A stretch of DNA of 64,000 nt, taken from positions 1 to 64,000 of the forward strand of contig JAQGDQ010002403.1 of assembly GCA_030141605.1 (NCBI GenBank), read 5' to 3'. The first letter of the stretch is position 1. Each line of letters starts with the position of its first letter. The stretch is from Tubiluchus corallicola. Its lineage: Eukaryota > Animalia > Priapulida. This document shows positions 42,968-53,633 of the stretch, piece by piece. The notes under the pieces are model-generated. The model worked only from the letters and a program-made list of their open reading frames with translations, made no database searches and had not been told where the DNA came from. The position numbers and the translations under genes are program-made.

Positions 42968-44800
42968 TTATTTAAAAAATTTATCTATTTCAGACGTTTG
43001 CATTGTATATGTAGTAGGCTTGCCATCAGGAGTATAGTTAGGCGTTTGGCAAGCAAACAGATTGCCAAGCAATTTGCCCATTTCTTCTTGTGTAAGAGAT
43101 TGGGTACTTTCAATAGCAGAAGATTTAGCCAGTGATAAAGCTATCTTTTCGTAAATTTCTAATTTTAATTTTTTCTCTTTGTTTTTGTAATCTTCTAACA
43201 ATTGCTCTATAATAGGCTTGGGTGGCGTGTCTCCTATGACTGACGGTGTGCCATTAATGATAAATGCCTGCTTACCAAACTCTTTTATTTCAAAGCCAAG
43301 TGAGTTGATTTCTGGTAGCAGAGTGGTAAATAACAATGAGTCCGAAGCATTAAGTTCCAGTGTTGTAGGGTAAAGTGTTTTCTGAACAACATTTTTGTTC
43401 TTAGTATTCTGGCATAGTTGCTCGTAGAGTATTCTGATATGTGCTTTTCGTTGATCTACAAGCATCAATCCAGATTTTACAGGCGTGAGAATATACTTAT
43501 TTTTTACCTGCAATAGGTTGGTAATAGGTTCTTCTTTTTCTTTAGTAATGGGTATATGCTGTTGCTCGTGCTTATCATCTTCCACTGCTACTACATCAGT
43601 GTTGCTACTTGGTTGGTTAAAATCCTTATACAACTCCTCCCAATTGCCTATATTTTGTCTACTCCTGTGAGGCAATTTCTCAGTGCCTGTCTTCTCAAAA
43701 GGGTTGTAAGTAGGGTCTAAGTCCACTTGTGGAGCAACAGTTTCCTTTACACTACTTGCAGAAGGTATAGGAACAGCACCCTCTGTATTAAAATCAATAG
43801 TAGGCACTATGTTAAACTTACCCAATGTTTCGCGGGTAGAAGAGTTAATAATTTGCCAGATGAAACGTTCGTTTTGGAATTTCACCTCTGTTTTGGTAGG
43901 ATGTATGTTGATATCTATATTTTTGGGGTCAGTTTGTAAATAGATAAAATAAGAAGGTAAAGCATCAGTAGGTAGCAGCTTATTGTAGGCTTCTACAACA
44001 GCTTTATGAAAATACGGATGCCTAATATATCTACCATTGGCAAAGAAATATTGTTCTCCATAAGTTTTCTTAGAGTGTTCGGGTTTGCAAATATATCCGC
44101 TTAATTGAATAAGGTTAGTATCACACCTTATATCTAGTAAATAGTTTTTTATATTGTTGCCAAATAGTTGTGTGATACGTTGTTTTATATTACCTGCTGG
44201 CAGGTTGAGTATTGGAGTATTGTTGTGGTATAATTCAAATACTATCTCTGAATTAGTGAGTGCCACACGATATATTTCATTGGTAATATGGCGAAGTTCA
44301 GTAGTATTAGCTTTGAGAAATTTTCTGCGGGCGGGTACGTTAAAAAACAAATTTTTCACAAGAAAATTAGTTCCTACAGAACACGAGACAGGCTCTTGCT
44401 TTTCCAGTTTTGAACCTTTGACAACAATGTGTGTCCCAAGTTCATTATTTTGGGGGCAGGTTTTAAGTTCTACCTGTGCTACAGAAGATATAGAAGCAAG
44501 TGCCTCACCTCTAAATCCCATTGTATTGATAGCAAACAGGTCTTTGGCATCTTTTATTTTGGAAGTAGCGTGTCGTTCAAGTGACATTCGGGCATCAGTT
44601 TCGCTCATTCCTATACCATTATCTATTACTTGTATCAATGTTTTACCTGCATCTTTAATATGTATAGTGATGTGCGTACTCTGTGCATCTATAGCATTTT
44701 CTATTAACTCCTTCACCACAGAGGCAGGACGTTGTATCACTTCTCCAGCAGCTATTTGGTTAGCTACAGTGTCGGGTAGTAGGTTGATAATATCAGGCAT
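42968..44800 (-). CDS. mutL: DNA mismatch repair protein MutL
   Basis: NQIAAGEVIQRP, GFRGEAL, NIHPTK, DQRKAH. Confidence 0.97.
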   Translation of the reverse strand: MPDIINLLPDTVANQIAAGEVIQRPASVVKELIENAIDAQSTHITIHIKDAGKTLIQVIDNGIGMSETDARMSLERHATSKIKDAKDLFAINTMGFRGEALASISSVAQVELKTCPQNNELGTHIVVKGSKLEKQEPVSCSVGTNFLVKNLFFNVPARRKFLKANTTELRHITNEIYRVALTNSEIVFELYHNNTPILNLPAGNIKQRITQLFGNNIKNYLLDIRCDTNLIQLSGYICKPEHSKKTYGEQYFFANGRYIRHPYFHKAVVEAYNKLLPTDALPSYFIYLQTDPKNIDINIHPTKTEVKFQNERFIWQIINSSTRETLGKFNIVPTIDFNTEGAVPIPSASSVKETVAPQVDLDPTYNPFEKTGTEKLPHRSRQNIGNWEELYKDFNQPSSNTDVVAVEDDKHEQQHIPITKEKEEPITNLLQVKNKYILTPVKSGLMLVDQRKAHIRILYEQLCQNTKNKNVVQKTLYPTTLELNASDSLLFTTLLPEINSLGFEIKEFGKQAFIINGTPSVIGDTPPKPIIEQLLEDYKNKEKKLKLEIYEKIALSLAKSSAIESTQSLTQEEMGKLLGNLFACQTPNYTPDGKPTTYTMQTSEIDKFFK

Positions 44801-45037
44801 AATTGAAAATAATCTACTCTAATTTATTAATAATACAAAGATAGTATAAAAAGAAAAAAACACCTCTTCTACAAGATAGAGTGCTTTAAATACTGACAAT
44901 AATATATTTGACCAACTCAGTGAAGAACTACCCTTTGCCCCTACAACTAAACTCATAGGCTAAAAAGGTCAGATTAACAAGTAATAATTGTCTAAATCTA
45001 TTTTTCATTTAATTTACACATTGTTGCCTTACCATTC

Positions 45038-45292
45038 TTATCTCAAAATAAGATAAAATAACACAAGCAGCACAACAAAAATAATGAGCAGGCGCCTGTT
45101 GGCTTTTCTTTTTTGCTCCTGCAAAGTAACAGAAGTTCCTTTATAGGCTTTTCGAAATGTTCCTTTTTCTATTCGGGGCGTATGTTTTAATTCCTCTGCT
45201 CTTTGTTTTCTTCTTTCTTTTTCGGCATCGTAGTAACGTGGCTTTAAATTAAATTGTCTATTTTGTGGCAGTCTAAATAATTTCCCTATCAT
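45038..45292 (-). CDS. Small conserved membrane-anchored hypothetical protein
   Basis: F.L...RQF.LKPRYYD plus C-terminal TM; resembles the small gene often found upstream of mutL in Bacteroidota. Confidence 0.7.
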   Translation of the reverse strand: MIGKLFRLPQNRQFNLKPRYYDAEKERRKQRAEELKHTPRIEKGTFRKAYKGTSVTLQEQKRKANRRLLIIFVVLLVLFYLILR

Positions 45293-45442
45293 CTGTATGT
45301 ATATTGATATAGTAAGTTTATATTTTTTTGTAATAGTATTTCAAAAGCTAAAAAGAAGTAATAATTTCTTTGTATGTTTTACGACAACTATGTAGCCCTA
45401 ATACACAATGATACCTGCCTGCTTCTTAGTTTTATTTTCAAA

Positions 45443-46084
45443 TTACAACTTCTTTCTATATTTGCTTAGTTCTCTAATATCTTCTATCTCTCTACTTAAT
45501 AAACCAGTAAGAGCTTTTATTTCCTTGTTATTATACCCCATTTCTACTGCCTTTTGAGCTACTTCATATTTACCTTGTTGTTCACCTATTTCCATTGCTT
45601 CTTTTCTCAACTGTTCTTCCTCTTCATATTTTAGAACATATTTCTTGCTATTCTTCAAATTTTCTAACATCCCCTCTTCCTTGAAACTAATATACCCATT
45701 GGAAGTAATTACAATATGGTCGGCAATACCAATAGACAGCACTTTACTAATTTGTAACAAGCGGTCGGTAAAATTCACATAAAAAGGAGCTATTGTAAAA
45801 CGATCATCCACCTTATTATGCACCATAAATATTTTTGGAGCCTCTTTCAACACAGCCACCTTAAAGGGTTCAGTAGGCTTTACCTTATATATGTTCCTAC
45901 GCTCCAATGCAAAAAGCTCAATATTTAAAAGTCTATTATTATCATCCAAGCACACAATCCAAAAATGCTCTCTTGCTCTTTCTATCATATTCTCCCTATC
46001 TAATACCTTCCTCATTACAGTATAAATATCAGATGCTCCTCCTATTATAATATTTTTATACTCAGGTGATACATTTATATTCAT
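45443..46084 (-). CDS. RadC-like JAB-domain protein with degenerate JAMM site and C-terminal HTH-like tail
   Basis: REHFW..L, P.E.FK.A, DHIVI retained; HNHPSG replaced by HNKVDD; tail EIKALTGL..EIE. Confidence 0.85.
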   Translation of the reverse strand: MNINVSPEYKNIIIGGASDIYTVMRKVLDRENMIERAREHFWIVCLDDNNRLLNIELFALERRNIYKVKPTEPFKVAVLKEAPKIFMVHNKVDDRFTIAPFYVNFTDRLLQISKVLSIGIADHIVITSNGYISFKEEGMLENLKNSKKYVLKYEEEEQLRKEAMEIGEQQGKYEVAQKAVEMGYNNKEIKALTGLLSREIEDIRELSKYRKKL

Positions 46085-46095
46085 TGGCTCTACAA

Positions 46096-47265
46096 TTAAT
46101 ATTTGAACTCACCAAATTTACTTCTTATTGTCAATTCTTTTCCTTCACTTGCTTCGCACCTTCCCACTATTTGAGCTTCTACATTATATTTTTTTGAAAT
46201 ATTAATAATATCTTCCGCAATATTGGGCTGCACATATATCTCGAATCGATGACCCATATTAAAAACCTTATACATTTCTTGCCAACCAGTAGCCGACTGC
46301 TCCTGTATGGTGCTAAACAATACAGGCAATTTAAACAAATTATCTTTTATCACGTGTAAGTTTTTTATAAAATTTAACACCTTAGTTTGTGCTCCACCCG
46401 AACAATGTATCAATCCGTGAATAGCTTTTCTATGCTTACTCAATATTTCTTTTATAATAGGAGCATATGTTCGAGTAGGAGAAAGTACCAACTTACCCAC
46501 ATCTACTCCCAAGCCTTGAATCTCATCTGTCAATCGCAGGCTGCCTGTATAAACCAAGTCATCAGATATTGTGTTGTCGTAGCTTTCTATATATTTTTCA
46601 GCTAAATATTTAGCAAACACATCGTGCCGAGCCGAAGTCAAACCATTACTTCCCATTCCACCATTATACTCTCTCTCATAAGAAGCCTGTCCCGAAGATG
46701 ACAAACCCACAATCACATCTCCCGCCTGTATTTCCTCATTAGTTATTACATCTTTACGCTTCATACGACAACACACCGTAGAATCGACAATAATAGTTCG
46801 CACCAAATCGCCCACATCTGCGGTTTCACCGCCCGTAGTATAGATATTCACTCCCAAGCTCCGTAATTCTTCACATAACTCCTCTGTTCCCTCAATAATA
46901 GCCGATACTACCTCTCCACTCACTAAGTTTTTATTGCGTCCTATAGTAGAAGACAAAAGAATATTATTGTCTACTGCCCCTACACACAACAAATCATCCA
47001 AGTTCATTACAATGGCATCCTGCGCAATACCTTTCCACACCGATAAATCTCCTGTTTCTCGCCAATACATATATGCTAGCGAAGACTTAGTGCCTGCACC
47101 ATCTGCGTGCATCACATTGCAAAATGCACTATCTCCTCCTAAATAATCTGGTATTATTTTACAAAAAGCATTAGGGTATAAGCCCTTGTCAATGTTCTTT
47201 ATAGCATTATGCACATCTTCCTTAGAAGCAGAAACTCCTCTACGATTGTATTTGTCGTTTTGCAT
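46096..47265 (-). CDS. purM: AIR synthase (Bacteroidota type)
   Basis: HADGAGTKS, GGETADVGD, MGSNG, HCSGG, VFNMG. Confidence 0.93.
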   Translation of the reverse strand: MQNDKYNRRGVSASKEDVHNAIKNIDKGLYPNAFCKIIPDYLGGDSAFCNVMHADGAGTKSSLAYMYWRETGDLSVWKGIAQDAIVMNLDDLLCVGAVDNNILLSSTIGRNKNLVSGEVVSAIIEGTEELCEELRSLGVNIYTTGGETADVGDLVRTIIVDSTVCCRMKRKDVITNEEIQAGDVIVGLSSSGQASYEREYNGGMGSNGLTSARHDVFAKYLAEKYIESYDNTISDDLVYTGSLRLTDEIQGLGVDVGKLVLSPTRTYAPIIKEILSKHRKAIHGLIHCSGGAQTKVLNFIKNLHVIKDNLFKLPVLFSTIQEQSATGWQEMYKVFNMGHRFEIYVQPNIAEDIINISKKYNVEAQIVGRCEASEGKELTIRSKFGEFKY

Positions 47266-47545
47266 TTATTAAGTATTTTACAATATTTTTTCTTTGTCAA
47301 AAAAATAATGATTAACCTCTTGAACAATATATTCTATTACCTCTTTCATATTATAAAATGTAGCTTCTACCATACTTGTGGAGAAGTTATTTTATTATTC
47401 TTTCATCTATAATTTAATAGAAGTTAAGTACTAGCAGTAGCAAATATAATGATAAAATAAAAAAAACTATTAAAAAAAATGTAGTTAGCAAAAGTAGTTT
47501 TTATTATACTTGAAAAGATAAGTATTTTTACAACTTTCAATTCAT

Positions 47546-47706
47546 ATTACACCAAAAACAAGCTATTCGCAAACTTACATTCTTCCTCAGCAAATAAAAC
47601 CAATATTTTATCATTCATAAAAAGACATTTGGGAGTTTGCTTAATTTAAGCATTACACTAAAAACAAGCTATTCATATAATTTCACTCATTTTCAGCAAG
47701 CAAAAC
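47546..47706. repeat. Two 55-bp imperfect direct repeats (47546-47600, 47652-47706)
   Basis: 43/55 identical without gaps by manual alignment; shared 15-nt core AAAAACAAGCTATTC. Confidence 0.85.
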
Positions 47707-48995
47707 TACACCTCTCTTATCACTTTTAGCAAAACACTTGTGAGTGTACTTAATTCAGAACTCTTTATAATGTATGGAGGCATCACATATACTAAATCTT
47801 TAAAAGGGCGTATCCATACACCTTCCTCTACAAACCGGGCTTGTAGTTTTGCCACATCTACTTCATAGCGCATCTGCACTACACCAATAGCCCCCAGCAC
47901 TCTTACATCCAATACATTATCAAAAGAACTTGCAACACTTAGTTCTGCCCGCAGCTGTTTTTCAATAGCCTTTACACGTTTTTGCCAAGGACTAGTCAAA
48001 AGCAGATCTATACTCGCACTTGCTACAGCACAAGCCAATGGATTAGCCATAAAAGTAGGACCGTGCATAAAAACACCCGCTTCCCCCCCACTAATAGTAT
48101 TTGCTATTTTATTAGTTGTAAGTGTAGCCGCCAAACTTATATATCCTCCTGTGATTGCTTTACCCACACATAAAATATCAGGTACAATACCCGAGTGCTC
48201 ATAGGCAAACATTTTACCAGTACGACCAAATCCTGTAGCAATTTCATCAAAAATTAGCAGCACATCATACTTATTGCACAACTCACGCAATCTCTGCAAA
48301 TACACAGGCGAATAAAACCACATACCACCAGCACCCTGCACAATAGGCTCTAAAATCACTCCTGCTATTTCACCACAATGCTTTTCCATAAGCATTTCCA
48401 TAGAGGCTATATCTTTTTCATCCCAGACATCCTGAAACCTTGTGAATGGCTTCTCTGCAAACAATTGACAAGATAAAATGTTTTTAAAAATATGGTGCAT
48501 ACCCATATCAGGATCACACACCGACATCGCATTCCAAGTATCTCCGTGGTATCCTCCTCGCACTGTCAAAAATCTATTCCTTCTGAGTTTTCCTAAAGCT
48601 TGGCAATATTGTAAAGCCATTTTCATAGCTACTTCTACTGCTACAGACCCTGAGTCGCTATAAAAAACCTTGTCAAAGTTATTCTCTGTCAAAGTCAAAA
48701 GTCTTTCAGTTAAAGCTAACACAGGAGAATGAGTAAAACCCCCAAACATAATATGAGACATCTTACTTATTTGGTTTTTTATAGCCTCATTTATTATAGG
48801 ATGATTATAGCCGTGTATTGCAGCCCACCAAGATGCCATCCCATCCACCAATTGTTTCCCATCCTCTAAATCTATATAAACTCCTGATGCAGAACGAACT
48901 AAATATATCTGTAACGGGTTAGTAGTAGAAGTATAAGGGTGCCATATATGTTCCCTGTCAAAATTCAACTTTTTTATGACATTTGACTTTCCCAC
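47706..48995 (-). CDS. bioA: Adenosylmethionine-8-amino-7-oxononanoate aminotransferase
   Basis: [45 protein letters not shown]. Confidence 0.96.
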   Translation of the reverse strand: MGKSNVIKKLNFDREHIWHPYTSTTNPLQIYLVRSASGVYIDLEDGKQLVDGMASWWAAIHGYNHPIINEAIKNQISKMSHIMFGGFTHSPVLALTERLLTLTENNFDKVFYSDSGSVAVEVAMKMALQYCQALGKLRRNRFLTVRGGYHGDTWNAMSVCDPDMGMHHIFKNILSCQLFAEKPFTRFQDVWDEKDIASMEMLMEKHCGEIAGVILEPIVQGAGGMWFYSPVYLQRLRELCNKYDVLLIFDEIATGFGRTGKMFAYEHSGIVPDILCVGKAITGGYISLAATLTTNKIANTISGGEAGVFMHGPTFMANPLACAVASASIDLLLTSPWQKRVKAIEKQLRAELSVASSFDNVLDVRVLGAIGVVQMRYEVDVAKLQARFVEEGVWIRPFKDLVYVMPPYIIKSSELSTLTSVLLKVIREV

Positions 48996-49014
48996 TTCTT
49001 AAATTTTACAAAAA

Positions 49015-49049
49015 TAGCATTGCTAATCAAAAAGGTATCAGCAATGCTA
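49015..49049 (-). terminator. Intrinsic terminator after the S74 gene
   Basis: TAGCATTGCT...AGCAATGCTA stem with T-run on the minus strand. Confidence 0.7.
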
Positions 49050-49096
49050 CTATATTATTGAATTACAAAATTCTTAAGTTCTAAATAAAACCATCT

Positions 49097-50140
49097 TTAT
49101 TTTTCTACTCTATCTAATAAAAGAGACTTTATAGATTCTAATTCTGCCTTTAAATTGTCTATTTCTTCTTTTGTCGATTCTAATTCTTCTACTTTCGCTT
49201 TTAAATTTTTATTCTCATTTTCCAAAGCTTCACATTTCACCACCAACTCTTGAACTGCTTTTATAGTTAATACATTTGCTGACCCCACATTAATTCTCAT
49301 TACACTTTCTGTATCATTCTCAAGATAAAGACCACTTTCCACTACATCATCAGGAAATACTTCTTTGAACTCTTGAGCAATGAAACTATAATAATATCTG
49401 TTCTTAAAGCCATGCTCCTTTGCCCAAAAATCTTTGTATTTAAACTTCACTGGGTGCAATTTCATTATAGTCTCTATTCCTCCTTGCAAACCTTGTATAT
49501 CTTCTTTCACCCTTCTATCTGACGCCACATAAAAGTTAGGAGCAGTAGAATTAGCATTGTCTGCAACAATAAGATTTTTTGTATGTAGTGTATTTAAATT
49601 ATTAATAGACTTGTCATCTGCATCTTCTCCCTGTTTCAAAACTGCCGCTATATCAACATCACTAACTGATGATTCTACAAAGGTCTTGATAGCCAATTGT
49701 GTTGATAAACTATCATCGCTAGCATTTGAAAAGGTTTTATCGGTGCTGATGCCTGTCACCATATTATCACCTAAATACAAGGTGTCGGTAGAAACAATGT
49801 TGCTATAAATAGTATCGCTTTGGATAATATTACTCTCACTCATTAATACAACCCACCTATTTTCATCTGCATTGTAATAATAATATGCCTGCTCATCTAA
49901 AACATAAATTATTAGCCCATCAGCATCGGATAAATCATTTAAATCTATATTACTAAGGACAGCATATTCAGCTACTCTAGGAAAAAGGACACCTTTACTA
50001 TCAGAATAAATATCTAAAATAGCCATAGGATGAGGAGCTATCCCATCTTTTCCAATACTAACACCTTCATATTGAGCATAAGCATAAAAATGAGACCCAA
50101 ATAATAAAAACACAAACAATAATCTATATAAAAACGACAT
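49097..50140 (-). CDS. Exported tail-fibre-like protein with C-terminal peptidase S74 (intramolecular chaperone) domain
   Basis: Signal peptide; AILDI.S.SKGVLFPRV; SDRRVKEDI, FIAQE...VFP, IKAVQEL plus coiled coil. Confidence 0.85.
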   Translation of the reverse strand: MSFLYRLLFVFLLFGSHFYAYAQYEGVSIGKDGIAPHPMAILDIYSDSKGVLFPRVAEYAVLSNIDLNDLSDADGLIIYVLDEQAYYYYNADENRWVVLMSESNIIQSDTIYSNIVSTDTLYLGDNMVTGISTDKTFSNASDDSLSTQLAIKTFVESSVSDVDIAAVLKQGEDADDKSINNLNTLHTKNLIVADNANSTAPNFYVASDRRVKEDIQGLQGGIETIMKLHPVKFKYKDFWAKEHGFKNRYYYSFIAQEFKEVFPDDVVESGLYLENDTESVMRINVGSANVLTIKAVQELVVKCEALENENKNLKAKVEELESTKEEIDNLKAELESIKSLLLDRVEK

Positions 50141-50390
50141 GTTTCAATAAGTTTTATCTAAATTTCTTATTTTTCTCAATAAAAAAATCACACAGTTATA
50201 TCTCACTTAACAAAAAGCAATGTTAATTATCATTTTGCTTTCAAAAAGTTCTTCATCTTATAAGCATTATAGATATACTTGCTTTCCTAAGTACACCTAC
50301 CTATCTGAAAGAAAACCAAATCCCGTTCATATCAACCATAAAAAAAGAACTATTTATAAATATAATATCTTTGGTAATAAATATGCAAAT

Positions 50391-50988
50391 TTAAACTAAA
50401 AATCTTTTTGCTGTTTCTCTTAGAATTTTAAAACGTTCCTTTTGATTAATGCCTTGTTTTATAAACTGTGCATTAGGCACCTCTAAGTTATTTAAAACTA
50501 TTCATTAACGTTATCTGCATTGTCTCTAAGGCTTTCATTATGTAATGATTTTTGCTGATTTTCTTCACTCCATTGTTTTGCAGTTTTTCCAAACAAAGCA
50601 ATATTTAATAAGTCTGCTTCTTGTGCATAAATATAGCCCTCTTTTTTTTTAGTCAAATGTAATTTGGGTGAGATTGTATTTTTTATTGCATCTGGTTGTA
50701 GAGTACAATTTGCTTTTGTTAAAAAAAGCCTGTGTAACCATTCTGCACTTTTAAGCCCTTTTAATTCTTTTTTTTTAATCTTTGAAATTCTTTTATTAGA
50801 AGTAATTCAAACTCTACTTATCCAAGATACAAATTTGAAAGCAATCCTTGTGGGCGTAAGTACCTCCAACACCACACACAAGAAACAAAATTATTCAACC
50901 CTGCTTGTTTTCTAAACACACCAAATTCGATGTATTTGAAATTTTGATTATTTAACCTTTCCCAAATACCTAAAAATTCTATTGTTGA
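50391..50988 (-). pseudogene. KilA-N domain protein pseudogene (not in ORF track)
   Basis: Minus-strand pieces STIEFLGIWERLNNQNFK..RKQAGLNNF, GGTYAHKD, EFQRLK, YAQEADLLNIALFGKTAKQW, broken by frameshifts and a deletion. Confidence 0.85.
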
Positions 50989-51088
50989 GGACTTAATGTA
51001 AGATGTTTATCTCCAGCACTTTAGTTTAAGATAGTATATCATTATCATATTTTTTTATATAAATTTCATGTTCCTTATAAAAAAGAAA

Positions 51089-51128
51089 AAGAATCACTAC
51101 CTGTGTTTTTATAAGGATAGTGATTCTT
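51089..51128 (-). terminator. Intrinsic terminator after groEL
   Basis: AAGAATCACTA-CCT...AGG-A-TAGTGATTCTT with T-run on the minus strand. Confidence 0.8.
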
Positions 51129-51146
51129 AAACCTAAAACTTAAAAT

Positions 51147-52790
<1,644 letters not shown>

Positions 52791-52864
52791 CTAAATTTGT
52801 TTTCTTTTATATGTTAGTATTTCTTTTCAATACTCTTTATTATATTGTTATGATATAACAGATG

Positions 52865-53143
52865 TTAAATTACAGCCAATATATCGTCCTGCTTCATCAT
52901 TAAATAATCGCTATCATCTACACTAAGCTCTGTTCCCGAATACTTTCCGTATAGGACAACATCACCCACCTTTACCTCCATTGTTACATCTTTTGTACCT
53001 TTACCTATGGCAACCACTGTGCCTTTTTGTGGCTTTTCTTGTGCCGAATCAGGTATGTAAATACCTGTGGAGGTTTTCACCTCTGCTTTCATTGGTTCTA
53101 CTAAAACTCTATCACCCAAGGGTTTTATTTTTACGTTTGCCAT
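52865..53143 (-). CDS. groS: Co-chaperonin GroES
   Basis: KPLGDRVLV, EKPQKG, GKYSGTE. Confidence 0.99.
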   Translation of the reverse strand: MANVKIKPLGDRVLVEPMKAEVKTSTGIYIPDSAQEKPQKGTVVAIGKGTKDVTMEVKVGDVVLYGKYSGTELSVDDSDYLMMKQDDILAVI

Positions 53144-53203
53144 TTTTATTTTTAAATTAAAAAAATTTTACTTTATTTATAAATTCTCAACAAACCTTTA
53201 CAG

Positions 53204-53218
53204 TCAAAATATATGCCA
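53204..53218 (-). promoter_or_regulatory. Putative sigma54 -24/-12 promoter of groESL (TGGCAT-ATATT-TTGA)
   Basis: Exact TGGCAN-N5-TTGN spacing; A replaces C at the -12 element. Confidence 0.55.
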
Positions 53219-53252
53219 ATTTTATATCATAGACTTTTTGACGCATTTTGAT

Positions 53253-53276
53253 TGTATCATTATGTCATTATGCCAT
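53253..53276 (-). promoter_or_regulatory. 3x 8-bp tandem motif (ATGGCATA ATGACATA ATGATACA) upstream of the groES promoter
   Basis: Seen directly; function inferred. Confidence 0.5.
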
Positions 53277-53279
53277 AAT

Positions 53280-53624
53280 TTATTCTTTGGATTCGTCCTC
53301 TGACCCTTCTTGCAAAATATTTGGAAGTTCTTCAAAAAGTTGACTAGCACTAGGTATAGTGGTCGTAACTTCTTCTGTAATAACTGATGTAGCTTGCTCC
53401 TTGTCAGGAGTAAGATGCCCTACTACTATTGAAAGAAGCAACAACGCTCCTGCAAGCGTCCAAGTGGCTTTTTCAAGAAAATCAGTTGTTTTCTGTACAC
53501 CTACTATTTGGTTAGAAGACGCAAAATTAGAAGAAAGCCCGCCACCCTTAGAATTTTGAATCAACACAGCTAAGGTCAAAATCACACAAATAATCAATAT
53601 TAATATAGAAACAAAATAATACAT
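53280..53624 (-). CDS. secG: Preprotein translocase subunit SecG
   Basis: VLIQNSKGGGL, DFLEKATW, two TMs. Confidence 0.95.
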   Translation of the reverse strand: MYYFVSILILIICVILTLAVLIQNSKGGGLSSNFASSNQIVGVQKTTDFLEKATWTLAGALLLLSIVVGHLTPDKEQATSVITEEVTTTIPSASQLFEELPNILQEGSEDESKE

Positions 53625-53633
53625 CTCTTTTTG

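Noticed and set aside
44154-44822. 222-aa ORF antisense to mutL, and similar ORFs opposite pyrG, groEL, uvrA and argS
   Set aside because: Typical antisense shadow frames of conserved genes with no motifs
47350-47400. Purine riboswitch upstream of purM
   Set aside because: Conserved core elements are not present in the right order on the sense strand
47546-47706. Direct repeat as a mini-CRISPR
   Set aside because: Only two copies, 78% identical, no clear palindrome, no cas genes; kept only as an unexplained repeat
50664-50915. 83-aa plus-strand ORF
   Set aside because: Antisense shadow of the KilA-N pseudogene
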